Positions 48,293 through 56,660 of a stretch of DNA of 64,000 nucleotides are shown in pieces. The notes beneath the pieces are model-generated. The model was not told where the DNA came from. It searched no databases and was given only the letters and a program-made list of their open reading frames with translations. Position numbers and translations under genes: made by a program. The stretch is from an uncultured Gemmatimonadaceae bacterium (lineage in GTDB: Bacteria; Gemmatimonadota; Gemmatimonadetes; Gemmatimonadales; GWC2-71-9), in contig CAZPER010000002.1 of assembly GCA_964585655.1 (NCBI GenBank), positions 18,727 through 82,726 on the forward strand, written 5' to 3'. Numbering within the stretch: position 1 is the stretch's first letter; each line of letters begins with the position of its first letter.

Positions 48293-49210
48293 ATGTCACC
48301 ACCGGCGCCGGAGGTCTCGCGCGGCCCGGCGGGTGCGGGCGCCAGCGTGAAGTGTCCGAGCTGCAACGCCGGCGTCGCCGCCGACCTGCCCTTCTGCGGC
48401 CAGTGCGGCACCCGGCTGACCCAGGCGCGGGCGGCGCACGCCTGTACACGGTGCGGCCGGCTGAACGAACAGGGCTCCAAGTTCTGCCCAGCCTGCGGGG
48501 CCGCCTTCGGCAACACCGGGCCGCAGCCCCAGGTCCCCGCCGCCCCGCCCAAGAGCGGCGGGCCCGTCACGGCGCACCTTGCCCTGCTGGACCGGGGCGG
48601 CCAGGTGGCGCAGCGTTTCCCGTTGCTCAATGCCGTGACGACGCTGGGCCGCCAGGGGGCCGACGTCAATTTCCCCGATGATGATTATCTCTCGCCGCTG
48701 CACGCCCAGTTCCTCCTGATCGACGGCATCCTGACCCTCCGGGACCTCGGCAGCAAGAACGGCACCTGGCTCTACCTCGATGAACCCCACAAACTCACCG
48801 ACGGAGATCTCATCCTCCTCGGCAGCCAGATCCTCCGCTACCGCCGGCTCGGCTATCCCGGGCCCCGTCCCCCGGAGCAGGACCAGACCCGGCGGCTCGG
48901 GAGCCTGACGCCGGCGGCGGATATCGCCAACCTGGCCCAGGTCCGGGGCGACGGCAGCGCCCGGGATATCCTGACCCTTTCCCCGGGTCGGTCGGTGCGG
49001 GTGGGCCGGGAGCAGGGTGACTGGCAGTTTCCCTACGACTCCTCGATGAGCGCCCTGCACGCCCTCATCCGGAGCGAGGACGCCGACTTCGTCCTGGTGG
49101 ACGCCGGGAGCCGGAACGGCGTGGCCGTCGCGGTGAAGGGGGAGCGGCGGGTGCCGCCCGGTGCGCGGCTCCTCGCCGGCGACCAGATGCTCCGCGCGGA
49201 GATCGGATGA
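48293..49210 (+). CDS. zinc-ribbon plus double FHA-domain protein
   Basis: ATG at 48293. CPSC...CGQCG and CTRCG...CPACG ribbons. Two FHA cores (TLGRQGADV...SPLHAQ...LRDLGSKNGT and RVGREQ...SALHA...VDAGSRNG). Confidence 0.8.
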   Translation: MSPPAPEVSRGPAGAGASVKCPSCNAGVAADLPFCGQCGTRLTQARAAHACTRCGRLNEQGSKFCPACGAAFGNTGPQPQVPAAPPKSGGPVTAHLALLDRGGQVAQRFPLLNAVTTLGRQGADVNFPDDDYLSPLHAQFLLIDGILTLRDLGSKNGTWLYLDEPHKLTDGDLILLGSQILRYRRLGYPGPRPPEQDQTRRLGSLTPAADIANLAQVRGDGSARDILTLSPGRSVRVGREQGDWQFPYDSSMSALHALIRSEDADFVLVDAGSRNGVAVAVKGERRVPPGARLLAGDQMLRAEIG

Positions 49211-50949
49211 AGGTCTGCACCACCTGCGGCGCCGAGTACGGCGACGAGAAGCTGTTCTGCGAACGGGATGGCACCTCGCTCCGGAAGTCGGGAGGGGCGG
49301 GCGATCTCGTGGGCCAGGTGATTGCCGAGCGGTACCACATCACGAAGAAGCTGGGCGAGGGCGGGATGGGCCAGGTCTACCTGGCCGAGCATGTGAAGAT
49401 GGGCCGCCGCTGCGCCATCAAGATCATGACCCCGGGGACGATGAGCGACCCGGACGCGATCAGCCGCTTCAACCGCGAAGCCGCCAACGCCAGCCGCATC
49501 AGCCACCCCAATGTCTGCGCCATCTACGATTTCGGGGAGACGCCCGACGGGCTGATCTACCTCGCGATGGAGTACATCGAGGGGAAGAGCCTGAGCGGGC
49601 TGATGGAGGAGGCGGGGACGCTGCCGCTGGCGCGCGCCGCGCTGATCGTCACCCAGACCGCCGAGGCGCTCCAGGTCGCCCACGACCTCGGCATCGTCCA
49701 CCGGGACCTCAAGCCCGACAACATCATGGTCATCACCGCCCGCGGGAAGGACACCGTAAAGGTGGTGGACTTCGGCATCGCGAAGGCGATCGGCGGGGAC
49801 GACGGCAGCGCCCAGAAGGTCACCAAGACCGGTTTCGTGGTGGGGACGCCGGAGTACATGAGTCCGGAGCAGCTCTCCGGCGACCCGGTGGACGGCCGCA
49901 GCGACAACTATTCCCTGGGCCTGGTCTTCTACAAGATGCTGACGGGGGCGAGTCCCTTCCCCGCCGACAGCCAGCAGGAGACGATGATCAAGCGGCTGAC
50001 GGACGATCCGCTGCCGCTGGCGGCGGCCCGGCCCGACGTCCGCTTCCCGCCCGAGCTGCAACGGGTCATGGACCGGGCCCTGGCGCGGAGCCCGGCGGAG
50101 CGCTATCGCACCGCGGGCGACTTCGCGCGAGAAGTGAAGGGCCTCTCCAGCGTCCTGACGGGACAGGTGGATGCCGAGGCCGGCACCCAGGTGGTGCGGC
50201 CGGAGGACCTCAAGGCGGCGGTGCCGGCCACCCGGGTGGACCCCGCGGCGGGCCGGGCGGTCAAGCCGGCGCCCAAGACCCAGCCGGCGTCAGCGGCCCC
50301 GGGCAGCGCTCCCGCCGGTTCGCGCCTGCCGGTGGTGCCCATCGCGATCGCCGTAGCGGTGCTGGCCGTGGGCGGTGGGGGCTACGCGTTCAAGGACGCC
50401 ATCTTTGGTGCGGCGCCCGCGGACTCCGGCGCGGTGCAGGATACCAGCCGGCTGGCGGGTGGGACCCCGATCGTCCCGGAAACCACCGCGGTCGATCCCG
50501 GCACCACACCGGGGCCCGTGACGCCGCTGAGCGGGCGGGACACCGCCACCAAGCCGCCGCAGCAGGGCGGCGGCCGACCGACGGGGGGGCAGACCAACCC
50601 CGGTGGCACGCCGACGAATCCGGGCGGCACCCCGACGAACCCGGGCGGCACCAGCACCAATCCTCCGGTGACGCCGGACAATGGGGCGCTGGAGCGCCAG
50701 GTCCTGGCGTACTATGACGACCTCGGATTCGAGGACGATCCCAGCAAGCGCCTGGAGGCGCGGCGGCTGGGCCAGCAGGTGTTCACCATCACCGCGATGC
50801 CCCGCCCGGTCCGGGCCAAGGCGGCGTGGCTGGTCATGCAGGGGTATCTCAAAGAGGGCAACGCCGACAAGGCACGGGAGTGGCTCGATCACGCGATCGA
50901 ACTCGACCCGTCTCAACAGTCCTGGAAGACCGTCCGGGCGCAGATGTGA
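49207..50949 (+). CDS. Ser/Thr protein kinase with N-terminal zinc ribbon, TM helix and extracytoplasmic Pro/Thr-rich plus helical-repeat domain
   Basis: CTTCG...FCERDG; HRDLKPDNIM, DFGIAK, GTPEYMSPEQ; TM VVPIAIAVAVLAVGGGGY. ATGA overlap with the FHA gene. Confidence 0.85.
   Translation: MKVCTTCGAEYGDEKLFCERDGTSLRKSGGAGDLVGQVIAERYHITKKLGEGGMGQVYLAEHVKMGRRCAIKIMTPGTMSDPDAISRFNREAANASRISHPNVCAIYDFGETPDGLIYLAMEYIEGKSLSGLMEEAGTLPLARAALIVTQTAEALQVAHDLGIVHRDLKPDNIMVITARGKDTVKVVDFGIAKAIGGDDGSAQKVTKTGFVVGTPEYMSPEQLSGDPVDGRSDNYSLGLVFYKMLTGASPFPADSQQETMIKRLTDDPLPLAAARPDVRFPPELQRVMDRALARSPAERYRTAGDFAREVKGLSSVLTGQVDAEAGTQVVRPEDLKAAVPATRVDPAAGRAVKPAPKTQPASAAPGSAPAGSRLPVVPIAIAVAVLAVGGGGYAFKDAIFGAAPADSGAVQDTSRLAGGTPIVPETTAVDPGTTPGPVTPLSGRDTATKPPQQGGGRPTGGQTNPGGTPTNPGGTPTNPGGTSTNPPVTPDNGALERQVLAYYDDLGFEDDPSKRLEARRLGQQVFTITAMPRPVRAKAAWLVMQGYLKEGNADKAREWLDHAIELDPSQQSWKTVRAQM
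50596..50658 (+). repeat. 3 x 21-nt in-frame tandem repeat (NPGGTPT) inside the kinase gene
   Basis: aaccccggtggcacgccgacg / aatccgggcggcaccccgacg / aacccgggcggcaccagcacc. Confidence 0.8.
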
Positions 50950-50955
50950 GGCAAC

Positions 50956-51978
50956 TTGGCTAACGTGCACATCTCCGTCTTCGGCAAGACCGACGTGGGC
51001 AAGACCCGCGATCACAACGAGGACACCTTCCTCGTCGCGGACCTGACCCGGAAGGCCGCGAGCCTGCAACCCGACGTGCGCGAGCACGATGTCGGACCGC
51101 GCGGCACCCTCTTCATGGTCGCGGACGGCATGGGCGGGGCGGCCGCCGGCGAGGTCGCCAGCCGCATGGCCGCCGACCTGGTCTTCAGCCACATGTCGAC
51201 CGTCTGGACCGAGGACAGCGACGTCAGCGCCCAGCGCTTTGCCTACCGGATGAAGGAGGCGGTGGAACTGGCCAACAACCGGATCCACCTCCACGCCAAG
51301 GACCACCCCGAAGTCCGGGGCATGGGCACGACCGCCACGGTGGCCGGCGTCTTCGGGAGCGATCTGTACCTGGCTCAGGTCGGTGACAGCCGGGCCTACC
51401 TGATCCGGAAGGGCGCCATCACCCAGATCACCAAGGACCAGTCGCTCATGCAGCGGCTGGTGGAGGCCGGGGAGATCACCGAGGAGGAGGCCGAGCAGAG
51501 CGAGCGGCGCAACATCATCCTCCAGGCCCTCGGCCCCGACCCCCGGGTCAAGGTGGACCTCACCTACCAGCCCCTCCGCCGAGGCGACCTGCTGCTGCTG
51601 TGCTCCGATGGACTGTCGGGACAGGTCAAGAAGGAAGAGATGGCCCAGCTGGTCGCCGAAGGGGGCGAACTGGTGGACATCTGCTCGCGGCTCATCACCC
51701 TGGCCAACGAGCGGGGGGGCCCCGACAACATCACGGCGATCGCCGCTCGCTTCGGCGGCGACGGCCTGCCCGAACCGGACGGCAGCGCCGAGGTGGGCCA
51801 CCAGGTCTATCCGCTCACCGAGGCGGAGGCTACCACCGAGCCGGTCCCCGTGTACACCGGAAGCCCCGCGCCCGTGCCCATCAGCGAGCAGCCGGCCCAG
51901 CCCCGGCGCACGGTGCTCGGGCTGCTCGCGCTGCTCGCGCTGGCCGCCGCGCTCTACCTCGCGTTCGGTGGCCGGTGA
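50956..51978 (+). CDS. PP2C-family Ser/Thr phosphatase with C-terminal TM anchor
   Basis: GKTDVGKTRDHNED, MVADGMGG, DNITAI. TTG start at 50956 (GTG alternative at 50965). Confidence 0.85.
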   Translation: MANVHISVFGKTDVGKTRDHNEDTFLVADLTRKAASLQPDVREHDVGPRGTLFMVADGMGGAAAGEVASRMAADLVFSHMSTVWTEDSDVSAQRFAYRMKEAVELANNRIHLHAKDHPEVRGMGTTATVAGVFGSDLYLAQVGDSRAYLIRKGAITQITKDQSLMQRLVEAGEITEEEAEQSERRNIILQALGPDPRVKVDLTYQPLRRGDLLLLCSDGLSGQVKKEEMAQLVAEGGELVDICSRLITLANERGGPDNITAIAARFGGDGLPEPDGSAEVGHQVYPLTEAEATTEPVPVYTGSPAPVPISEQPAQPRRTVLGLLALLALAAALYLAFGGR

Positions 51979-51991
51979 CGGGCCGCCGCCC

Positions 51992-53446
51992 ATGAAAGCC
52001 CAGTTCACGTTCATCTCCGGCGCCCGCGCGGGCCAGACCGACGTCTTCAGCCAGGCCCACATCAGCATCGGCCGGCACCCCCAATCCGAACTCCGCTTCG
52101 ACGCCGACCAGGACCTGGACGTCTCCAGCCGCCATGCATCCGTCACGCTGGTGGGGGAGTTCTACGTCCTCCGGGACCTGGGCAGCACCAACGGCACCTT
52201 CGTCAATGGGAAGAAGCTCACGGGTGACCATATGCTGGCCACCCGCGACATGATCCGCTTCGGGCCCAGCGGCCCGCAGGTGGAATTCACCGCGATCGGG
52301 GCTCCGGGGCCCGGCGCCGGCAGCTCGACGCCGGCCGCGAAACCCGAAGGCACCGTGGTGTTCGGTCAGCAGCCCCCCGCCCCGCCACCGCCTCCACCAC
52401 CGCAGCTCTCCCCGGAGCAGATGCGGAGCCCGCGGCGCACCCCCGGGCCCGGCACCCAGACCAAGGTCCGGATGGAAGTCCGGCGCCAGACCAAGGGGCT
52501 CCGGACCACCACCATCGGGCTCTTCGGCCTGCTGGTCGTGCTCGCCGGCGCCTACCTCTGGCAGGTCCGGGCCGCCGACCAGGCGCTGGCCGACCAGCGG
52601 CGGGCGCTGCTCGGCCAGGTGGACAGCCTGATGCAGGAGATCGGCGCCATCGTCCAGGGCAACGAGGGGCTCAGGGCGGCGCTCGACTCCTCCCAGGCCG
52701 AAGCGGAGCGGCTGCGCCAGATGCTGGCCAATGCCCCGGACCAGGACCGGATGGCGGAGCTGCGCACCCGGCTGGAGCAGGCGCTCCGGCAGCAGCGTTC
52801 GCTGGCCGGCGCGGCCTCCGTGGATGCCCGCGGGATCGCCGCGGCCAATCGTGACGCCATCGCCCTGGTGTTCGTGGAATTCCCCGATGGTCGGGTCATC
52901 ACCGGCACCGCGTTCGCGGTCCGCTCCGACCCGAACGGCGGGCTGCTGATCACCAACAAGCATGTGGTGGTGGACTCCAACGGCACCGTCGCCAGCCGGC
53001 TCGGGGTGGTGTTCGAGGGCTCCCGGCAGAACTTCCGCGCCGACCTGGTGCGGGTGTCACCGGACGCGGACGTGGCGCTGATCCGTGCCTCAGTGCATCG
53101 TGGCTTCCCGGTGGTGAAGTCCCTGGCGGACAGCGGACGCGTGGTGGAAGTGGGGGAGGCGAGCGCGGTGCTCGGCTTCCCGCTGGGGCTCGACCTCGCG
53201 GGCGGGCGGGATTGGAGCCAGATCGGGGTGGCGAGCACGCTCACGCTTGGCACCGTGTCCCGGATCCTCCCCGACCTGGTGCAACTCGACAGCTATGGCG
53301 CCCAGGGTTCGAGCGGCAGCCCCATCTTCGACCGCAACGGCAGCGTCATCGCCGTGCTTTACGGCGGCCAGCCCGGCAGTAATGGCCGCATCCTCTACGG
53401 TGTACCGATTCGCTTCGCCCACCGGCTCCTTTCCGATAGTGAATAA
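51992..53446 (+). CDS. FHA domain - TM - coiled coil - trypsin-like (S1) serine protease fusion protein
   Basis: ORF 51608..53446 trimmed to MKAQFTFISG. FHA core SIGRHP...SSRHA...LRDLGSTNGTFVNG; TM IGLFGLLVVLAGAYLW. Catalytic triad contexts TNKHVV, DADVALI, GSSGSPIF. Confidence 0.75.
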   Translation: MKAQFTFISGARAGQTDVFSQAHISIGRHPQSELRFDADQDLDVSSRHASVTLVGEFYVLRDLGSTNGTFVNGKKLTGDHMLATRDMIRFGPSGPQVEFTAIGAPGPGAGSSTPAAKPEGTVVFGQQPPAPPPPPPPQLSPEQMRSPRRTPGPGTQTKVRMEVRRQTKGLRTTTIGLFGLLVVLAGAYLWQVRAADQALADQRRALLGQVDSLMQEIGAIVQGNEGLRAALDSSQAEAERLRQMLANAPDQDRMAELRTRLEQALRQQRSLAGAASVDARGIAAANRDAIALVFVEFPDGRVITGTAFAVRSDPNGGLLITNKHVVVDSNGTVASRLGVVFEGSRQNFRADLVRVSPDADVALIRASVHRGFPVVKSLADSGRVVEVGEASAVLGFPLGLDLAGGRDWSQIGVASTLTLGTVSRILPDLVQLDSYGAQGSSGSPIFDRNGSVIAVLYGGQPGSNGRILYGVPIRFAHRLLSDSE

Positions 53447-53492
53447 CGCTCCCGGGTGAGGGGGGTCACCGCCCGGAATTGCCCCACATCCC

Positions 53493-56400
53493 ATGATGGT
53501 GGGGATGCCCCCCCGTCCCATGGCTGTCCTGCGCGCGAAGATGGACCGCCTCCTGAGTCGCGCCGCGCTCGGGGGCGCGTTGCTGTTCGTGGTCGGGGTC
53601 GGCGCGGGCACCTGGTGGACCCTGGACCGGATTCACGAAGCGGTCCGCCAGTCGGTGCAGACCGGCCTCACCACCGTCCTGGCCAACGCCCGCGAGGCCA
53701 CCCACCACTGGGTCACCCGGCAGCAGGTGCTGGTGGCCGGGCTCGCTTCGGACCGTGGACTCAGCCGGGCGGTGGAGCGGCTGCAGGATCCTCGTGCCAC
53801 GCGCCGGGCGGAGGCGGAGGCGATCACCACGATTGGCGCGGCGCTGGAGCCCGCCGTCCGCGCCAGCACCCTGCAGGGCTTCTGGATCCTCTCCCCCGAA
53901 GGCCACCCGCTCTACCGCTGGCCCGACACCCTCCCGGCCGACCTCCCCGTGGCCATGCAGGAGCCGTTCGAGCGAGCCCTCGACGGCCTCCCCACCCTCA
54001 GCTCCTTCGCGACGGATACGGTTCGTCCCGGACCCGTCGCCGCGCTGGCGCCGATCCGGGACGCGCACGGTCTTCCGATCGCGGCGCTGGCACTGGCCCT
54101 CCCCGCCCGGACAGAACTGGAGCAGATCGCCGCCCAGAGCCATCACCGGGCGCTGGGGCAGGTCTATTTCTTCGACCGCACCGGGCGGATTCTCGGGACC
54201 AGCATGGCCCCGGAGCCCTGGGGGGACGACGCCCGCCTGGTGGACCCCGGAACCGGGCGGCTCACGCGGATGGCCCAGGCGGCGATCGCGGGGCGCACTG
54301 ATCTCGACCTCGACGGCTACACCGATCACCGCGGGGAGCGGGTGGTCGGAGCCTGGGAGTGGGACCCCGAGCTGGGCATCGGCATCGCGGTCGAGACCCG
54401 TGCCGCGGACGCCTACCACGTCGTCGAGACGGCCCGGAGTGCCCTGCTGGCGGCGCTGGCCATTACGTTGCTGCTCTTCCTCGCGGTGCTGGCCAGCGTC
54501 ACCCAGGCCCGGCGCCGGGCCCTGGCCCTCACGGCGCTCCAGCATCGCCTCGCCGCGGTGCTCGAGTCTACCACCGACCCGGTCTGCTTTGCCGATGAGC
54601 TCGGCGCGCCCATCTACCTCAACGAGGCCGGCCGGGCGCTCCTGGTGGGCCCCCACGGCTCGCCGGTCGCCGCGATCGCGGCGGCGCAGGTACTTCTGCG
54701 TCCGGAGGCGCGGGAGGCGGCGCAGTTGCATGGCACCTGGAGCGGAGAGAGCACCATGCTCACGGGCGACGGGCGGGAACTCACCCTGTCCCAGGTGCTG
54801 ATCTGCCACCGCACCGACGCCGGCGTGGTGGATTTCTACTCTACCCTAGCGCGAGACATCACAGACCGGAAGCGGCTCGAGCGGCGGCTGTCGGAGGAGA
54901 AGGAGCGGGCCGAGGTGACGCTCGGCTCGATCGGCGACGCGGTGATCCGGACCGATGCCGCGGGCCAGATCGAGTACCTGAATCCGGTGGCCGAGGAGCT
55001 GCTCGGCTGTCCCGCCTCAGAGCTGGCGGGCCGGGGGATCACGTCGGTCCTGACCCTCGCGCACGAGTCCACCCGGGAGCCGCTGGAGAATCCGGTGGAG
55101 ACGGCCATCCGCGAGCGACGGGTGGTGGGCCGGTCCAACTTCTCGCTCCTCATCCGTCCCGATGGCCGGGAGTTCGCGATCGACGAGAGCGCGGCCCCCA
55201 TCACCGGCGGCGACGGCGAGATCCTCGGCGCGGTGTTCATCTTCCACGACGTGAGCCGGGCCCGGAGCCTGGCGCGGCAGCTGGCGCATCAGGCCAGCCA
55301 CGACTTCCTCACCGGCCTGGTCAACCGGCACGAATTTGAGCGGCGGGTGGGCCGGGCCCTGACCCGGGCACAGCAGGAGTCGGTGACACACGCCCTCTGC
55401 TTCCTCGACCTGGACCAGTTCAAGGTGGTGAACGACACCTGCGGTCACGTCGCCGGGGACGAACTGCTGCGCCAGCTGGCGCAGGCGCTCACCAAGAAGG
55501 TGCGCCGGCGGGACACCCTGGCACGGCTGGGCGGCGACGAGTTCGGCGTGCTGCTCGAGCACTGCGCCCCCGGCCAGGCCAGCCGGGTCGCCCAGGAGCT
55601 GCTGGCCACGATCCAGGAGTTCCGGTTCTCGTGGGAGGGGAAGCCCTTTGCCCTGGGTGTGAGCATCGGCGTGGTGCCGATCACGGCGGAGAGCGAGAGC
55701 CTCGCGACCATTCTCCGCGACGCCGACGCCGCCTGCTACGCCGCCAAGGAGCGGGGCCGCAACCGGGTGCATATCTACGAGACCAACGACGTGGAGCTGG
55801 CGGTGCGCCAGGGCGAGATGCAGTGGGTCAGCCGGATCACCAGCGCGCTGGAAGAGCACCGCTTCCGGCTCTACGGCCAGCCGATCGTCCCCCTCGTCAC
55901 CCGGCCCGGCGAACCCCAGCGGGTGGAAGTGCTGCTGCGGATGGTGGATCACGACGGGACGCTGATCGCCCCGGGGGCCTTCATCCCGGCGGCGGAGCGC
56001 TACAACCTGATGGGGGCGGTGGATCGCTGGGTGGTGCGGGAGGTGACGGCGCTCTACGAACGGGCGGGGGCCCAGGGCACCGTGCCGATCGCCTCGATCA
56101 ATCTCTCCGGGGCCTCGCTCGGCGATCCGACGATGCTGACCTTCGTCCGGGAGCAGTTGGCGCGGCATGCCCTGAGCCCCGACACCCTCTGTTTCGAGAT
56201 CACCGAGACGGCCGCCATCGCCAACCTCGCCCTCGCGGCGCATTTCATTCGCGAGCTCAAGGCGATGGGGTGCTGGTTCGCCCTGGACGACTTCGGCAGC
56301 GGCATGTCGTCCTTCGCCTACCTGCAGAGCCTGCCGGTGGACGCGCTCAAGATCGCCGGGGCGTTCCTCCGCCACATTGAGACCGACCCGATCGAATACG

Positions 56401-56660
56401 CCATGGTGGAGGCGATCACCCGGGTGGGCCACGTGATGCGGCTCAAGGTGGTGGCGGAAGGGGTGGAGAACCTCAATACGCTGGACACCCTGCGGGCCAT
56501 CGGCGTGGACTACGCGCAGGGCTTCGCCATCGCGGAGCCGAGCCCGCTGGAGCCGCTGGTGCTCGGCCCCGGGCTCAAGGTGCTGGGCGGCGGAGCAGCA
56601 GGGCGCCGAGGGCCAGCATCACCCCCAGGATCCCCACGCTCCAGACCAGCCATCGCCTGA
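53493..56660 (+). CDS. membrane sensor diguanylate cyclase/phosphodiesterase (periplasmic sensor, PAS, GGDEF, EAL)
   Basis: Two TM helices flank a ~270-aa periplasmic domain. PAS-like regions, RLGGDEFGVLL (GGDEF), EITETAAI and LDDFGSGMSS (EAL). The last ~30 codons overlap the convergent SSF gene. Confidence 0.85.
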   Translation: MMVGMPPRPMAVLRAKMDRLLSRAALGGALLFVVGVGAGTWWTLDRIHEAVRQSVQTGLTTVLANAREATHHWVTRQQVLVAGLASDRGLSRAVERLQDPRATRRAEAEAITTIGAALEPAVRASTLQGFWILSPEGHPLYRWPDTLPADLPVAMQEPFERALDGLPTLSSFATDTVRPGPVAALAPIRDAHGLPIAALALALPARTELEQIAAQSHHRALGQVYFFDRTGRILGTSMAPEPWGDDARLVDPGTGRLTRMAQAAIAGRTDLDLDGYTDHRGERVVGAWEWDPELGIGIAVETRAADAYHVVETARSALLAALAITLLLFLAVLASVTQARRRALALTALQHRLAAVLESTTDPVCFADELGAPIYLNEAGRALLVGPHGSPVAAIAAAQVLLRPEAREAAQLHGTWSGESTMLTGDGRELTLSQVLICHRTDAGVVDFYSTLARDITDRKRLERRLSEEKERAEVTLGSIGDAVIRTDAAGQIEYLNPVAEELLGCPASELAGRGITSVLTLAHESTREPLENPVETAIRERRVVGRSNFSLLIRPDGREFAIDESAAPITGGDGEILGAVFIFHDVSRARSLARQLAHQASHDFLTGLVNRHEFERRVGRALTRAQQESVTHALCFLDLDQFKVVNDTCGHVAGDELLRQLAQALTKKVRRRDTLARLGGDEFGVLLEHCAPGQASRVAQELLATIQEFRFSWEGKPFALGVSIGVVPITAESESLATILRDADAACYAAKERGRNRVHIYETNDVELAVRQGEMQWVSRITSALEEHRFRLYGQPIVPLVTRPGEPQRVEVLLRMVDHDGTLIAPGAFIPAAERYNLMGAVDRWVVREVTALYERAGAQGTVPIASINLSGASLGDPTMLTFVREQLARHALSPDTLCFEITETAAIANLALAAHFIRELKAMGCWFALDDFGSGMSSFAYLQSLPVDALKIAGAFLRHIETDPIEYAMVEAITRVGHVMRLKVVAEGVENLNTLDTLRAIGVDYAQGFAIAEPSPLEPLVLGPGLKVLGGGAAGRRGPASPPGSPRSRPAIA

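Noticed and set aside
48105-48293. Divergent intergenic region as oriC, because gene orientation flips here.
   Set aside because: It is only ~190 bp, not AT-rich, and I see no cluster of TTATCCACA-like boxes. A divergent promoter region explains it better.
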